Assembly (NCBI GenBank): GCA_965205505.1
Contig: CBDBHB010000008.1
Location: forward strand, 672,001 to 736,000
Source: Acidobacteriota bacterium
Lineage (GTDB): Bacteria > Acidobacteriota > UBA890 > WLXD01
Direction of reading: 5' to 3'
Length of the DNA stretch: 64,000 nucleotides
Below, piece after piece: positions 48,896 through 58,767 of the stretch. Within the stretch, counting starts at the first letter, position 1. Each line of letters starts with the position of its first letter. A program made the translations under genes and the position numbers. The notes under the pieces were generated by a model that saw nothing but the letters and a program-made list of their open reading frames with translations, was not told where the DNA came from and ran no database searches.

Positions 48896-51492
48896 AAGGC
48901 GCTGTCGGCCAGCGTGATGACGCGGCCTGGAAGCGCCCCGGTAAGGCGTCCTTCCTCGACCACAGCCTGGCCTCCGACCAGCACCCACTCGACGCCCTCG
49001 GCAAACTGGTGCGGCTCGCTGAACGTCGCCCGGTCGCAAATCGTCTCGAGATCGAAGACCACGAGATCCGCCACCAGGCCCTCGCGTACGAGACCCCGGT
49101 CATTGAGCCGTAGGACCTGCGCCGGTAGCGATGTCGACGTGCGCACCGCCTGTGCAACGCTGAGCGCGCCCAACTCGATCGCGTAACGCCGGATCTTGCG
49201 TGGAAAAGTCCCGTAGTAGCGAGCGTGAACCGGAAGCTCATCCTCGACTACCGCAACGCCCGCGTCGGAGGCGGTCAGCGTGTAGGGCTCGGCCGCCAGC
49301 GCCTCGACGTCGACTTCGGCGAGCGAGAATCCACGCAAGCGAGCGCCACCCGGGCGCGTCGCGAACCCCTCGAGCTGAAGTAGGATCGCCGCCTCGATGC
49401 TATCGACCCCACGATCGCGGGCGAGCTGAGCGAGCGACTTGCCGACTTGTGTCGGGTCCGAGTACTCGAAGACGAAGATCTGCTCGGCCCCACCGCGACG
49501 GGCGATCTCACGGCGGACATCGCGCCCTAGGTCGGCACGGAGGGCGTCGTCGTCGAGGACCTCGCGTAACCTGGCCGCGTAGTCGGGGTCGGCGGTTTCC
49601 TCGTCGCCGCCCTCGCCCCAACGATCGTAACGCAGCGCCCACGGTGGGATCAGTACCGTGCTGCCATCGCTTCCCGTAGTCGTGTACGGGTACTGGTCTA
49701 ACCAGATCTCGACTCCGCGGGCGCGCGCCGTCCGCATCAGGTTGATGATCGCGCCGCTGGAACCCCAGTAGTCGGCACCTTTCACCTTGATGTGGGTGGC
49801 CACCGTGGGGACACGCGTGGACTCGGCGATATGAATCGTCTCGACAATGTTGTCGAGCATCGTCGGCGGCCCGGGGTCATGCTGGCTCGGCAGATACCAC
49901 ATGGGGTCGGCGCCCGAGGCACGCTCGTGCACGATGTACACGCCACCGGTATCCGTGAGCGTCGATACCAAACTGAGCACCTCGGCGGTATCGCTCCATC
50001 GCCCCGGTACGTACTCCAGCCCCGCGGACAGGCCGTAGGCGCCCTCGGCGATGCCCTGGCGCACCATGGCGGCCATGCGCTGCACCTCGTCGTCGGTAGC
50101 CAGACGTCGAAAGTCGGGCCCGAGCACCTCGCGGCGAATGCTGTTGTGGCCCACCAGCAGGATGGTGTTGGGACCGCTACCGAGATTTTCCAGGGTGGCC
50201 CGCTGCCGCGCGATCGACAGCGGGCTGCCGCCGTCCTGATTGACCACCACAGTGGTGATGCCCTGGCTGACCAGGTTCGGCGCGCTGCGCCTGTGTGGAT
50301 CTGCTGCGCGCAGCCCGCTACGTTCTCCGCCGGGACCATCGGCATGCGAGTGCATGTCGATGAAGCCGGGCGCAACGATCTTGCCAACAACGTCGATCAC
50401 GCGGTCGGCGGCTGCCCCGCTCAACCGCCCGACGGCAGCGATACGCCCGTCCTTGATGCCGACATCAGCGTAACGCCACGGATTGCCCGTGCCGTCGAGT
50501 ACCCGACCGCCGACGAGCAACAGGTCGTAGCCGTCTGCCGCAAGGGTCGAGCCGCCGTCGGCCACGAACGGCGCGAAGTGCTCCTGCAGCAACTCGTTGA
50601 GCGCCTCGGCCGCTTGCTCCGGTACCCAGTGGCCCACCCCCTCGAGGATCTCGAATCGATACGGCCCCTCCACGAAGTTCGCGGTGAGCTCGGCGCCCTC
50701 GCGCCCGAGAAAAAGGTCGTCGGTGCTCCAGACGAACATCGTCGGCATGGCGATGGGTGTGACCTGCCCGGCGCCGGTCTGAAGATTCATGGCGCGATAC
50801 CAGTTCAACGCCGCACCAATCGCCTCGCGGGTGCCGAGCAGGTCCACGTACTCCTGCACCTCCGCAGGAGTCAGTCCGGCGCCGCCGTATACTCCCCGCA
50901 ACATCGCGGCATCGTCGGCCAGGAAGAGGTCCTCCGCCCCCTCGGAGCGGAACACCTCCATGTACCCGGACATTCGTGCCTGCTGCCCCTCCGGGTCGGC
51001 AAGCGCCTGCCCGAAAGCGAACGGGTGCGGCACCGAGATCGGCACCAGCGAGAGCACGCGATCGGGGTGCATGAGGGCCACGTACCACGCCACCGCCGCA
51101 CCCCAGTCATGACCGACGACGTGGAAGGTCTCTGCACCCACGGCATCGGCCATTCCGACGACGTCCGCTACCAGGTTGGGAATCCCGTACGCCTCGACGC
51201 CTTGCGGCCTCGCCCCAGGGGAGTAACCACGCTGGTTGGGTGCGATGACCCGGAAGCCCATCGAAGCGAGTGTGGGTATCTGATGCCGCCACTCGATGGC
51301 CCCCTGCGGGAAGCCGTGCAGCATGAACAGGACCGGGCCGTCCTCCGGCCCGGCTACCAAGACATCGAAGACGAGCTCGCCAACTTCGATTGTCGCTTCG
51401 TCGGCCATCGAAAAGCCGGCAGTTGGAGACACCACGGCCAGCAGCGACGCCACGATCGGCAACGCCGCAGCACGACAAGCAACTCTGTTCAT
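48892..51492 (-). CDS. Fusion: secreted alpha/beta hydrolase (epoxide-hydrolase-like) + N-acyl-D-amino-acid deacylase
   Basis: HGFP, GHDWGAAVAW, LNWYRA, GHWVPE, then GGRVLDGTG, PGFIDMHSH, GLEYVPG, HARYYGTFPR, ADLVVFD. Confidence 0.88.
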   Translation of the reverse strand: MNRVACRAAALPIVASLLAVVSPTAGFSMADEATIEVGELVFDVLVAGPEDGPVLFMLHGFPQGAIEWRHQIPTLASMGFRVIAPNQRGYSPGARPQGVEAYGIPNLVADVVGMADAVGAETFHVVGHDWGAAVAWYVALMHPDRVLSLVPISVPHPFAFGQALADPEGQQARMSGYMEVFRSEGAEDLFLADDAAMLRGVYGGAGLTPAEVQEYVDLLGTREAIGAALNWYRAMNLQTGAGQVTPIAMPTMFVWSTDDLFLGREGAELTANFVEGPYRFEILEGVGHWVPEQAAEALNELLQEHFAPFVADGGSTLAADGYDLLLVGGRVLDGTGNPWRYADVGIKDGRIAAVGRLSGAAADRVIDVVGKIVAPGFIDMHSHADGPGGERSGLRAADPHRRSAPNLVSQGITTVVVNQDGGSPLSIARQRATLENLGSGPNTILLVGHNSIRREVLGPDFRRLATDDEVQRMAAMVRQGIAEGAYGLSAGLEYVPGRWSDTAEVLSLVSTLTDTGGVYIVHERASGADPMWYLPSQHDPGPPTMLDNIVETIHIAESTRVPTVATHIKVKGADYWGSSGAIINLMRTARARGVEIWLDQYPYTTTGSDGSTVLIPPWALRYDRWGEGGDEETADPDYAARLREVLDDDALRADLGRDVRREIARRGGAEQIFVFEYSDPTQVGKSLAQLARDRGVDSIEAAILLQLEGFATRPGGARLRGFSLAEVDVEALAAEPYTLTASDAGVAVVEDELPVHARYYGTFPRKIRRYAIELGALSVAQAVRTSTSLPAQVLRLNDRGLVREGLVADLVVFDLETICDRATFSEPHQFAEGVEWVLVGGQAVVEEGRLTGALPGRVITLADSAF

Positions 51493-51696
51493 GAGTTCTT
51501 CCTCGAGTAGCGTAGCGGAGCGCACCGCCGAGTCTGCCAGAATTCGGCGCGGCTGGCGAAGGCGGTCGCTGAGCGCGACGCGGGCGGACGTCTGATTCTC
51601 GGGCCGGTGACTTTCTTGCTCTGTGCCGGTAGCCTCTCGTCGCGAAACGGGTTGCAGGCATGGACCCTCCGACAGGGCAACCGATGAGGGAACCTG

Positions 51697-53037
51697 ATGA
51701 CAGCAGCGATCAGCCGAGTTCGGCGTTCCTCGGCGTTGCGCCTTGGCTTGGCGTGCGGCGTGTCCATGCTGGGGCTCGTGTCCGCTTCCGCGCAGTGGAC
51801 GCCGCTAGCTCGAGGTAGCGACAACATCCGGGTCGTATCGCACCTGCCGCTCGGGCCGCGCATCAGCGTCGCCGACATCGAGCTCGAGCAGGAGCTGTCG
51901 CGCCCGTACGTTTATGTGGCCCGCATGGTCTACGGCGACGTCGGCGAGAAGGGCACCGACATCATCAGCATCGAGGACCCCGAGCACCCGAAGGTCGTCT
52001 ACCGGTGGCGCATCGAGGACCAGGACCTACACCTGGATACCGGCGGCATGGACGTGAAGTACTTCAAATGGGGCGACCGCTATTACGTGGTGCAGTCGTT
52101 GCAGTTCGGTCAGGGCGGCCCCAACACGGACCTCGGTGCCGTTGTCCTCGACGTTACCGACCTTCCCGATCCCGATGCAGTTAGCGAGGTGGCGCGTATT
52201 CGGGCACCGGACCAGCCGCGCGGCTTCCACAACATCTTCATCTACAAGCACTCCAACGGTCGGGTGTTGCTGTTCGCCACCACCGAGGGCTCGTCGGTGC
52301 ATGTGTACGACCTCGGCCACGTGGTCGAGGGCAAGATGAACGACGCGTTGGTGGCAAAGGTGCAGGCTGGGCCATCGCCGGGGCCCTTTTCCAGCTATCA
52401 CGACATGTACGTCGGCTACCACGTCGACAGCCAGCAGGATCGCTTCTACGGCGCCGGTACCGGTGGCTACTACGTGTACGACGTCACCGATCTGGAGAAC
52501 CCCGCACTCCTGGTATCGCTCTCTGGAATCGAAGGGGTAACCGCCGGCCACACCTTCACGCCCACCCCTGACGGTCGCTATGTGGTCGCCGAGAGCGAGT
52601 ACCGCTACGCGCCCTTACGTATTTTCGACCTCAAGCCGGGGCTGGACGGCGACGTTGCCAACATCTCGGTGCCGATCTCGGCATGGACCGCCAACTGGCA
52701 GTACCTGGTGCACAACCACGAAATTCGCTGGCCGTTCGTCTTCGTCTCTGGCTACATGGACGGGCTGCAAGTGTTCAGCATCATGGATCCGTCCAACCCG
52801 GTCACCGTCGGTTACTACGCCACCTATGTCGGGCCGGAAAACCCCGATGTGTATCCGACCGACAATGGTGCGTTCGGGGTCGATGTTCGCAACGCCGACG
52901 GGCTGATCGTGATCAGCGACATGACCACCGGATTCTGGGCCTTCCGTATGGAGGGTTTCCAAGGTTGGAACGGCGCCGACTGGGGCATGCCCAACATCTC
53001 GAGCGTGCAGGACTGGAGCGCCGGTCCGCAGCCATAG
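51697..53037 (+). CDS. Secreted LVIVD-repeat beta-propeller protein
   Basis: Repeated V/Y-x-D-V-T-D-x-x-x-P strands, GFHNIFIYKH, YHDMY, HNHEIR, LIVISDMTTG. Confidence 0.75.
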   Translation: MTAAISRVRRSSALRLGLACGVSMLGLVSASAQWTPLARGSDNIRVVSHLPLGPRISVADIELEQELSRPYVYVARMVYGDVGEKGTDIISIEDPEHPKVVYRWRIEDQDLHLDTGGMDVKYFKWGDRYYVVQSLQFGQGGPNTDLGAVVLDVTDLPDPDAVSEVARIRAPDQPRGFHNIFIYKHSNGRVLLFATTEGSSVHVYDLGHVVEGKMNDALVAKVQAGPSPGPFSSYHDMYVGYHVDSQQDRFYGAGTGGYYVYDVTDLENPALLVSLSGIEGVTAGHTFTPTPDGRYVVAESEYRYAPLRIFDLKPGLDGDVANISVPISAWTANWQYLVHNHEIRWPFVFVSGYMDGLQVFSIMDPSNPVTVGYYATYVGPENPDVYPTDNGAFGVDVRNADGLIVISDMTTGFWAFRMEGFQGWNGADWGMPNISSVQDWSAGPQP

Positions 53038-53045
53038 GCTCCCTC

Positions 53046-53429
53046 ATGCAAAATACACGGCTCTACCGTCTAGGCTTCGGGGTGATGGCCACAGTGTTCG
53101 TGTTATCAGCGGCAGTGCAATACAACGATCCGGATCCTTTCGCCTGGGTGGCCATCTATCTGGCGGCAGCGGCCGTGTCGATGGCCGCGCTCGGCGCCAT
53201 CCCGGTCGCTCGTGTGGCGATAGCCGTGGGCGCCGCGGCGATGATTTGGGCCGCCACATTGCTGCCGGTCGTCGCACGCTCTTCGCTTCCCGCCTTGTTC
53301 GAGTCGTGGGAAATGATGAGCGCCGACGTTGAAGAGGGACGAGAGATCGGTGGCCTCCTGTTGGTTGGCGGGTGGATGGCGTTCGTTGCCTACTGTGGCT
53401 ACGGGCGACCCGGGAGCGCCAAATCGTGA
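53046..53429 (+). CDS. TMEM220-family membrane protein
   Basis: SAAVQYNDPDPFAW..IY and VEEGREIGGL signatures. Confidence 0.8.
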   Translation: MQNTRLYRLGFGVMATVFVLSAAVQYNDPDPFAWVAIYLAAAAVSMAALGAIPVARVAIAVGAAAMIWAATLLPVVARSSLPALFESWEMMSADVEEGREIGGLLLVGGWMAFVAYCGYGRPGSAKS

Positions 53430-54865
53430 GCTTGGGAGTCGTCGATCTGGTGATCCTATTGCTGTACTTCGTGGTCGTTATCGCCCTGGGCTACACGGCG
53501 ATGCGCAAGACGAAACGGTTCGACGACTACGCCGTTGCCGGCCGACGCCTGCCGGTAGTGTTCCTGTTCGCCACCATGGCAGCGACCGCCACCGGCGGCG
53601 CGGCGACCGTGGGTCGAGCCTCTCAGGCGTATCAGGCCGGCATCGTGATCTTTGCCGCCACCATGGGATTCGTCCTGAATCAGCTGTTGTCGGGCCTGTT
53701 TCTGGCGCCGCGCATCCGCGCAATCGGCAAGCTCTATACGGTCGGCGACGTCATGGGCTTCTATTACGGTCGCGCCGCGCGGGCGCTTACCGGCCTCCTA
53801 TCGTTCCTCTACAGCGTCACCCTGTTCGGCGTTCAACTGCTGGCGATGGGACGGATCCTGCAAACCATCACCGGTCTCCCGCTGGTGCCGTTGACGATTG
53901 CGGGGTCGATCGTCACCGTGATCTACACCGGACTCGGCGGCATCTGGGCGGTGATCTATACCGATCTGCTGCAGTTTCTCGTCCTCGCCTTCGGCATCAC
54001 GACGGCAGCCGTGGTCGCGGTTCACGCGGCGGGCGGCATCGATGCGCTGGTGGGTGGACTCGACCCGGTGTTGTTGAGCCCAGCGGGCACCTGGCCGATG
54101 TCGCAGATCGTAGCGATCTTCGTGGCATTTCTGCTCGGCGAAGCGCTCGCCCCGTACTTCGTGCAGCGCTACGCGGCTACCAAGAGCCCGTCGGACACAC
54201 GCTGGGGGGTTACGCTCTTCGGCGCCTACTACGGCTTCTACACCATCGTCGTGATCGCCCTGGGCTTGGCCGGCGCGATGCTTCTGAGCGACACCGAGCC
54301 CGATCTGGTGCTGACCACCATCGTGCGCGACTTCCTGCCGCTCGGTCTCAAGGGCCTGGTGTTCGCGGCGCTGCTTGCGGCCGTGATGTCGACCGGGGAC
54401 TCGATCCTCAACAACGCCTCGGTGATCTTCACGCGCGACATCTACCAGATGTTTCTCCGCCACGAGGCCAGCGACGCACGCATGCTCCTTTGGGCTCGTA
54501 TCAGCACCTTGGCCATTGGCGCCGCCGGGGTGGTCGCTGCGCTGAGCCTGCCGGACGTGTTTCAGCTACTCATCTACACGTACACATTGTGGGCACCGTC
54601 GATTGTTCCACCTCTCGTGGTGGCACTGCTCTGGGGTGGGCCCCGGCAGCGACGCGTGGCGCCGCGCGCGGCGGTACCGGCGATCGTCGCGGGGATGACG
54701 ACGACGTTTCTCTGGGGAACGCTTCTACTCGGCCAGCCACTGGGGATCCCACCCGTCGTCGCAGGAGTGTTCGCCAACCTGCTGGTGCTCTATATCGCCC
54801 ACACGGCGACGCAGAACATGGCGCCGACCGGAGTCTTCCGCGCCGAGGAGGTCGAGGCAGGATGA
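53426..54865 (+). CDS. Sodium:solute symporter (SSS) family
   Basis: DYAVAGRRL, VIYTGLGGIWAVIYTDLLQ, VQRYAA, AALLAAVMSTGDS; GTG overlaps previous stop. Confidence 0.93.
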   Translation: MSLGVVDLVILLLYFVVVIALGYTAMRKTKRFDDYAVAGRRLPVVFLFATMAATATGGAATVGRASQAYQAGIVIFAATMGFVLNQLLSGLFLAPRIRAIGKLYTVGDVMGFYYGRAARALTGLLSFLYSVTLFGVQLLAMGRILQTITGLPLVPLTIAGSIVTVIYTGLGGIWAVIYTDLLQFLVLAFGITTAAVVAVHAAGGIDALVGGLDPVLLSPAGTWPMSQIVAIFVAFLLGEALAPYFVQRYAATKSPSDTRWGVTLFGAYYGFYTIVVIALGLAGAMLLSDTEPDLVLTTIVRDFLPLGLKGLVFAALLAAVMSTGDSILNNASVIFTRDIYQMFLRHEASDARMLLWARISTLAIGAAGVVAALSLPDVFQLLIYTYTLWAPSIVPPLVVALLWGGPRQRRVAPRAAVPAIVAGMTTTFLWGTLLLGQPLGIPPVVAGVFANLLVLYIAHTATQNMAPTGVFRAEEVEAG

Positions 54866-54975
54866 GCGCCTGGGGACTCCTCTTCTACGTCTCGACGGCG
54901 GTCGTCTACATTGCGGTCGGAGCGACGGTCGTAGGTTGGCTGCGCTCGCTACGCTCTGATCCACCGCATCGATAA
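54862..54975 (+). CDS. 37-aa single-pass membrane protein, putative symporter accessory subunit
   Basis: ATGA overlap with SSS stop, RBS GAGG; MSAWGLLFYVSTAVVYIAVGATVVGWLRSLRSDPPHR. Confidence 0.6.
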   Translation: MSAWGLLFYVSTAVVYIAVGATVVGWLRSLRSDPPHR

Positions 54976-55018
54976 CCCGCCGTGGTGGAAACGTCGCGGG
55001 CCGCGTAACCCTCCGGGC

Positions 55019-56665
55019 TCAACGGCGCTCGTAGACCACCTTGCCATCAACGATCGTGATGTCGGCCTTGATCGACATGAGCTGATCCGGTGACACGCTC
55101 AGCGGATCGCCGCTGAGCACCACCATGTCGGCGAGCTTGCCAACCTCGAGGCTGCCCTTGATGTCTTCCTCGAACCCCGAGTACGCCGCCCAGATGGTGT
55201 GCATCTTGATGGCATCCATTACCGAGACCGCCTCGTCCGGATCGACCTCGGTACCAAACTTGCTGGTGCGTAACACCGCGCGGGTGAACGAGAACATCGG
55301 GTTGATCGAAAACGGCTGGGTGCCGACGGAATCGGCGTTGCCCGGCGGGCGGAATCCCCGGTCGATGAGCGTCTTCAGGATGTAGAGACGCGGCCGGCCG
55401 GGCTGTTGCAGCAGCTCGTTGGTCGTGCGCCAGATGAACGACGCCTGCGGAACCGGGATGACGTTCAGCTCCTCCATGCGGTCGAGAATCTTGTCGTCGA
55501 CCATGAAGTTGGCGAAATGCTCGATCCGATGCCGGTGGTCATCGCGCGGGTGTTTCTCGAGGGCCTCCTCGAAAGCGTCGAGGGCCAGATCCTGGGCGCG
55601 GTCGCCATTGCAGTGGATCCAGACCTGCCAACCGGCGGCGTGGGCCTTCTCCACCTCCTCGCGCAGCTGCTCGGGCGAGCGGCTCAGGTTGCCGAAGTTG
55701 TCGGTAGTGCCGTACGCCGGAGCGTGGGTGGCCGCGGTCGTTCCCCAAACGCCGTCGAAGAGGATCTTGATGGCACCGATCTTCAGCCAGTTGTCGCCGA
55801 AGCCAGTGCGCAGCCCGGTGCTGATCAGCGAGTCGAGGTCGAAGCTGCGCAGCATGAACGAGATCGACAGCCTGACGGGTGGAAGCTCGCCTGCGTCGCG
55901 GAGCTCCTGGTAGGCACGCACCCCATCCAAGGTGTCCATCGTGTAGACGCTGGTAACCCCCTGCTCGAGCCAGAGCTTCCTGAGGGTCGGCGGGATCACC
56001 CTTACGGTGTCGTCGTAGGTCGGCAGCGGCGTGTCCAGCAGGTGGCGCGCATCGCGAAAGATGCCGGTCGGCGCACCGTCGGGTCCCCGCTCGATCACCC
56101 CACCCGGGGGATCCGGCGTGTCGCGCGTGATACCGGATACTTCCATCGCCTTGCGGTTGGCGATGACGTCGTGGGCGCTCCAACGAATCACCACGGGGTG
56201 ATCGGGAAGGGCCTCGTCGAGCTGCTCGCGGGTGGGCATCGGCTGGTAGTAGGTACCCTGTCCCTCGATCCAGGTGCCCGGCGGCAGCTCGGCGGCCCGC
56301 GCTTTCACCGTCTCGAGCACGTCTTCTTCCGTCTCCAATGGCGGGATCGCCACCGGCAAGCGGAACGCGTCGCCCTGTGAGCTGCCCTCGACATGGTTGT
56401 GGGCGTCGATGAATCCGGGCAGCAAAACACGGCCGTCGAGCTCGACAACCTGTGTCTGCGCCCCTACTAGCGCGTCGATTGCCGTATTGGATCCGACCGC
56501 AACGATGCGGTTTCCCGCGACCGCCACCGCCTCGGCGATCGTTCCCGCTTCATCGACGGCGACGACCTTGCCGCCACGCAGAATCAGGTCAACCGAACTT
56601 TGAGAGGCAGGCTGGATGAATCCCGAGCCGGCGACGAGGATCAACAGAAGCGCGACGTTCCGCAC
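55019..56665 (-). CDS. Secreted amidohydrolase 3 (YtcJ-like)
   Basis: LPGFIDAHNH, IKILFDG, IHCNGDRA, RHRIEH, KGSLEVGKLADMVVL. Confidence 0.93.
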   Translation of the reverse strand: MRNVALLLILVAGSGFIQPASQSSVDLILRGGKVVAVDEAGTIAEAVAVAGNRIVAVGSNTAIDALVGAQTQVVELDGRVLLPGFIDAHNHVEGSSQGDAFRLPVAIPPLETEEDVLETVKARAAELPPGTWIEGQGTYYQPMPTREQLDEALPDHPVVIRWSAHDVIANRKAMEVSGITRDTPDPPGGVIERGPDGAPTGIFRDARHLLDTPLPTYDDTVRVIPPTLRKLWLEQGVTSVYTMDTLDGVRAYQELRDAGELPPVRLSISFMLRSFDLDSLISTGLRTGFGDNWLKIGAIKILFDGVWGTTAATHAPAYGTTDNFGNLSRSPEQLREEVEKAHAAGWQVWIHCNGDRAQDLALDAFEEALEKHPRDDHRHRIEHFANFMVDDKILDRMEELNVIPVPQASFIWRTTNELLQQPGRPRLYILKTLIDRGFRPPGNADSVGTQPFSINPMFSFTRAVLRTSKFGTEVDPDEAVSVMDAIKMHTIWAAYSGFEEDIKGSLEVGKLADMVVLSGDPLSVSPDQLMSIKADITIVDGKVVYERR

Positions 56666-56812
56666 GTGGTTCGCACCCGGTCAAAGGGCGGCAAGTATGC
56701 TGCCGATCCGCCCGTAATGGAGGTAGGTCCCGGGATCGGCCACGACGGGTGTCACGGCAACCCCGCAGTGGGTTGTACCCCTGGCCCATCGGCCAACGCA
56801 ACCGCCGCGGCG

Positions 56813-56948
56813 CTAGTCGGCGCGCAGGCTGCGGACGGGATCCTGTGCCGTGGCGCGGCGAGCGGGGACCAGGCAGGCGACCAGGGCGACGCTGGCCAGC
56901 AGGCCCGCTACAGCCATGTAGGTCAGCGGGTCCGTTGTCCGGCGACAC
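56813..56948 (-). pseudogene. C-terminal remnant of an ADOP/MacB-like ABC permease joined out of frame to a gene start
   Basis: [43 protein letters not shown]; directly preceded by RBS GAGGAGG and GTG TCG CCG GAC AAC in another frame. Confidence 0.8.
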
Positions 56949-57027
56949 GCGCCTCCTCGATGTTGGATGCGTAGGGCCCGGCTCTTCAGCGCCCTGCTAG
57001 CTCGGCGCTCGGCCGAGACCGGCCAGT

Positions 57028-58767
57028 CTAACGAGGGCGCTGTCGATCCAGCACAACGCCGGGGAGCTCCATGGTCGGCTCTCCCCCGTCGACCACAAAC
57101 CTACCGTTCGTCAGCACCCAGGTCATTCCTTCCTGGTAGACGTAGGGGTTCAGGTAGGTGGCATCGCTGCGCACCGTCTCGGGGTTGAACACTACGAGGT
57201 CGGCCTTCTGGCCCACCGCAACCCGGCCGCGATCGGCGAGGCCCAGGATCTGCGCCGACAGGCCGGTCATCGAGCGGATCGCGTGCGGCAACGTGATCGT
57301 GCCACGATTGAACACGAACTCACGCAACAGCCGCCCCGAGGTGCCGTACTCCCCGGGATGGGTGGACTTGCTGGTGCGACTGCCATCGTCGGACCCACGG
57401 TCGAGCGACACCGCGGTGTAGTCCTGTCGCATCCACTCCTCGATGTCGATCATGCCGACGGCCTTCGCCATCCACAGCACACCGCCGGGCTGATCGAGAC
57501 CGTTCATCTGCAGCCAGATGACCGTCTCGAAGAAATCGCCGCCGCGCTCCTCCACCACCTCGGCCAGCGTCCTGCCAACGAAGGTCGGATCGGGGAAGTC
57601 AACGATAATGAGGTTGTCGGCGCCGCCCTGGCGGATGGCCTCGTACTCGGCATCGGCGCGAATCATCTCCCGCAGCTCGGGATCGAGCAGTCGTTCCTCG
57701 AGGTTGCCCAGCATGTCGGTGTAGTCGGCCGGAGGAAAATCGTCGGAGGCGCTCTGACCCGGCACTTCCTCACGCACCAGCGCCCAGCGAGGCACCAGCG
57801 TGACGTAAGCGGAGTAGCCCTCGTAGGAATGCATGTTTATGTAAACCTGGTGACCGTCCCGCCAGGCGCCGTCGATCAGCTGCGTGGTCGCCCGGCTGAG
57901 CCCCCACTCACGCGGTCCCTTGGGGTGGATGTGGTCGAGCATGACGGGTAGTCCCGCCACCCTCCCGACGTTGATCACCTCCATGATGGCGTCGAGCCAG
58001 TCGACGTGGCGCTGGGTGGGGTGGTCCATGTGGCTAGGGAGCAGCCACTTCGAGTAACGCCCCTGGCTGCGCATGTGAGCCTGGAAGTGGCCACCGTACT
58101 CGGCAACCACCTTGGCGAGCTCCTGCAGCTCCTCCTCGGCGCTGTAGCGCATGGGGTTGTACTCCAGCCCGGTGCTCAGTCCGAAGGCACCGTCCTCCAT
58201 GCCCTCGCGAACCAACGCTCGCATGCGCTCGAGCTCGTCGTCGGTGGCGTGGCGCATGACTTCGTGAGGCTCCTCACCCATCACCAACCGGCGCACCACC
58301 CCGTGTCCCACCAGCGGCACCAGGTTGGGGGCGTGCCCGATCTTCTCGAACGCCTGGCGCTGCTCACGCAGCGGCCAGATACCGCCGAAAAGGCCATCCG
58401 CGTTGATCACCAGGGTGGTGAAGCCTTGTGTCGTGTAGTTGGTCACCCGGTTGGCGCCGGCCAGGATGTCGCGATCGACGTGCTCGTGGAGGCCGATGAA
58501 TCCCGGCGTGACGTAGTGGCCCGCAGCGTCGACCACACGCGTGGCAGTCGCCCCCTCGAGATCACCCAGCGCGACGATCTCGTCGCCGCGAATGCCGACG
58601 TCGGCATAGAAGAACGGGTTACCGGAACCATCGAGAACGCGACCGTTGCGGATGATGGTGTCGAGCTGCTGCGCCGGTGCCGCTCCCCAGACCACGACAA
58701 CAAGCACCATGAGCATCGAGATCCGGGCAAGGCCCGGCAGCCTGGCCCTCTTCATCATCTTCGTCAC
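57028..58767 (-). CDS. Secreted N-acyl-D-amino-acid deacylase-like amidohydrolase
   Basis: NGRVLDGSGNP, PGFIGLHEH, GLSTGLEY, AHMRS, HPGEYGT, KADLVVFNP. Confidence 0.9.
   Translation of the reverse strand: MTKMMKRARLPGLARISMLMVLVVVVWGAAPAQQLDTIIRNGRVLDGSGNPFFYADVGIRGDEIVALGDLEGATATRVVDAAGHYVTPGFIGLHEHVDRDILAGANRVTNYTTQGFTTLVINADGLFGGIWPLREQRQAFEKIGHAPNLVPLVGHGVVRRLVMGEEPHEVMRHATDDELERMRALVREGMEDGAFGLSTGLEYNPMRYSAEEELQELAKVVAEYGGHFQAHMRSQGRYSKWLLPSHMDHPTQRHVDWLDAIMEVINVGRVAGLPVMLDHIHPKGPREWGLSRATTQLIDGAWRDGHQVYINMHSYEGYSAYVTLVPRWALVREEVPGQSASDDFPPADYTDMLGNLEERLLDPELREMIRADAEYEAIRQGGADNLIIVDFPDPTFVGRTLAEVVEERGGDFFETVIWLQMNGLDQPGGVLWMAKAVGMIDIEEWMRQDYTAVSLDRGSDDGSRTSKSTHPGEYGTSGRLLREFVFNRGTITLPHAIRSMTGLSAQILGLADRGRVAVGQKADLVVFNPETVRSDATYLNPYVYQEGMTWVLTNGRFVVDGGEPTMELPGVVLDRQRPR

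Noticed and set aside
49792-51510. 572-aa plus-strand ORF and similar long antisense or alternate-frame ORFs (e.g. 39759-40994, 53329-54861, 33698-34840)
   Set aside because: Shadows of well-supported genes in high-GC DNA, with biased composition and no recognisable motifs.
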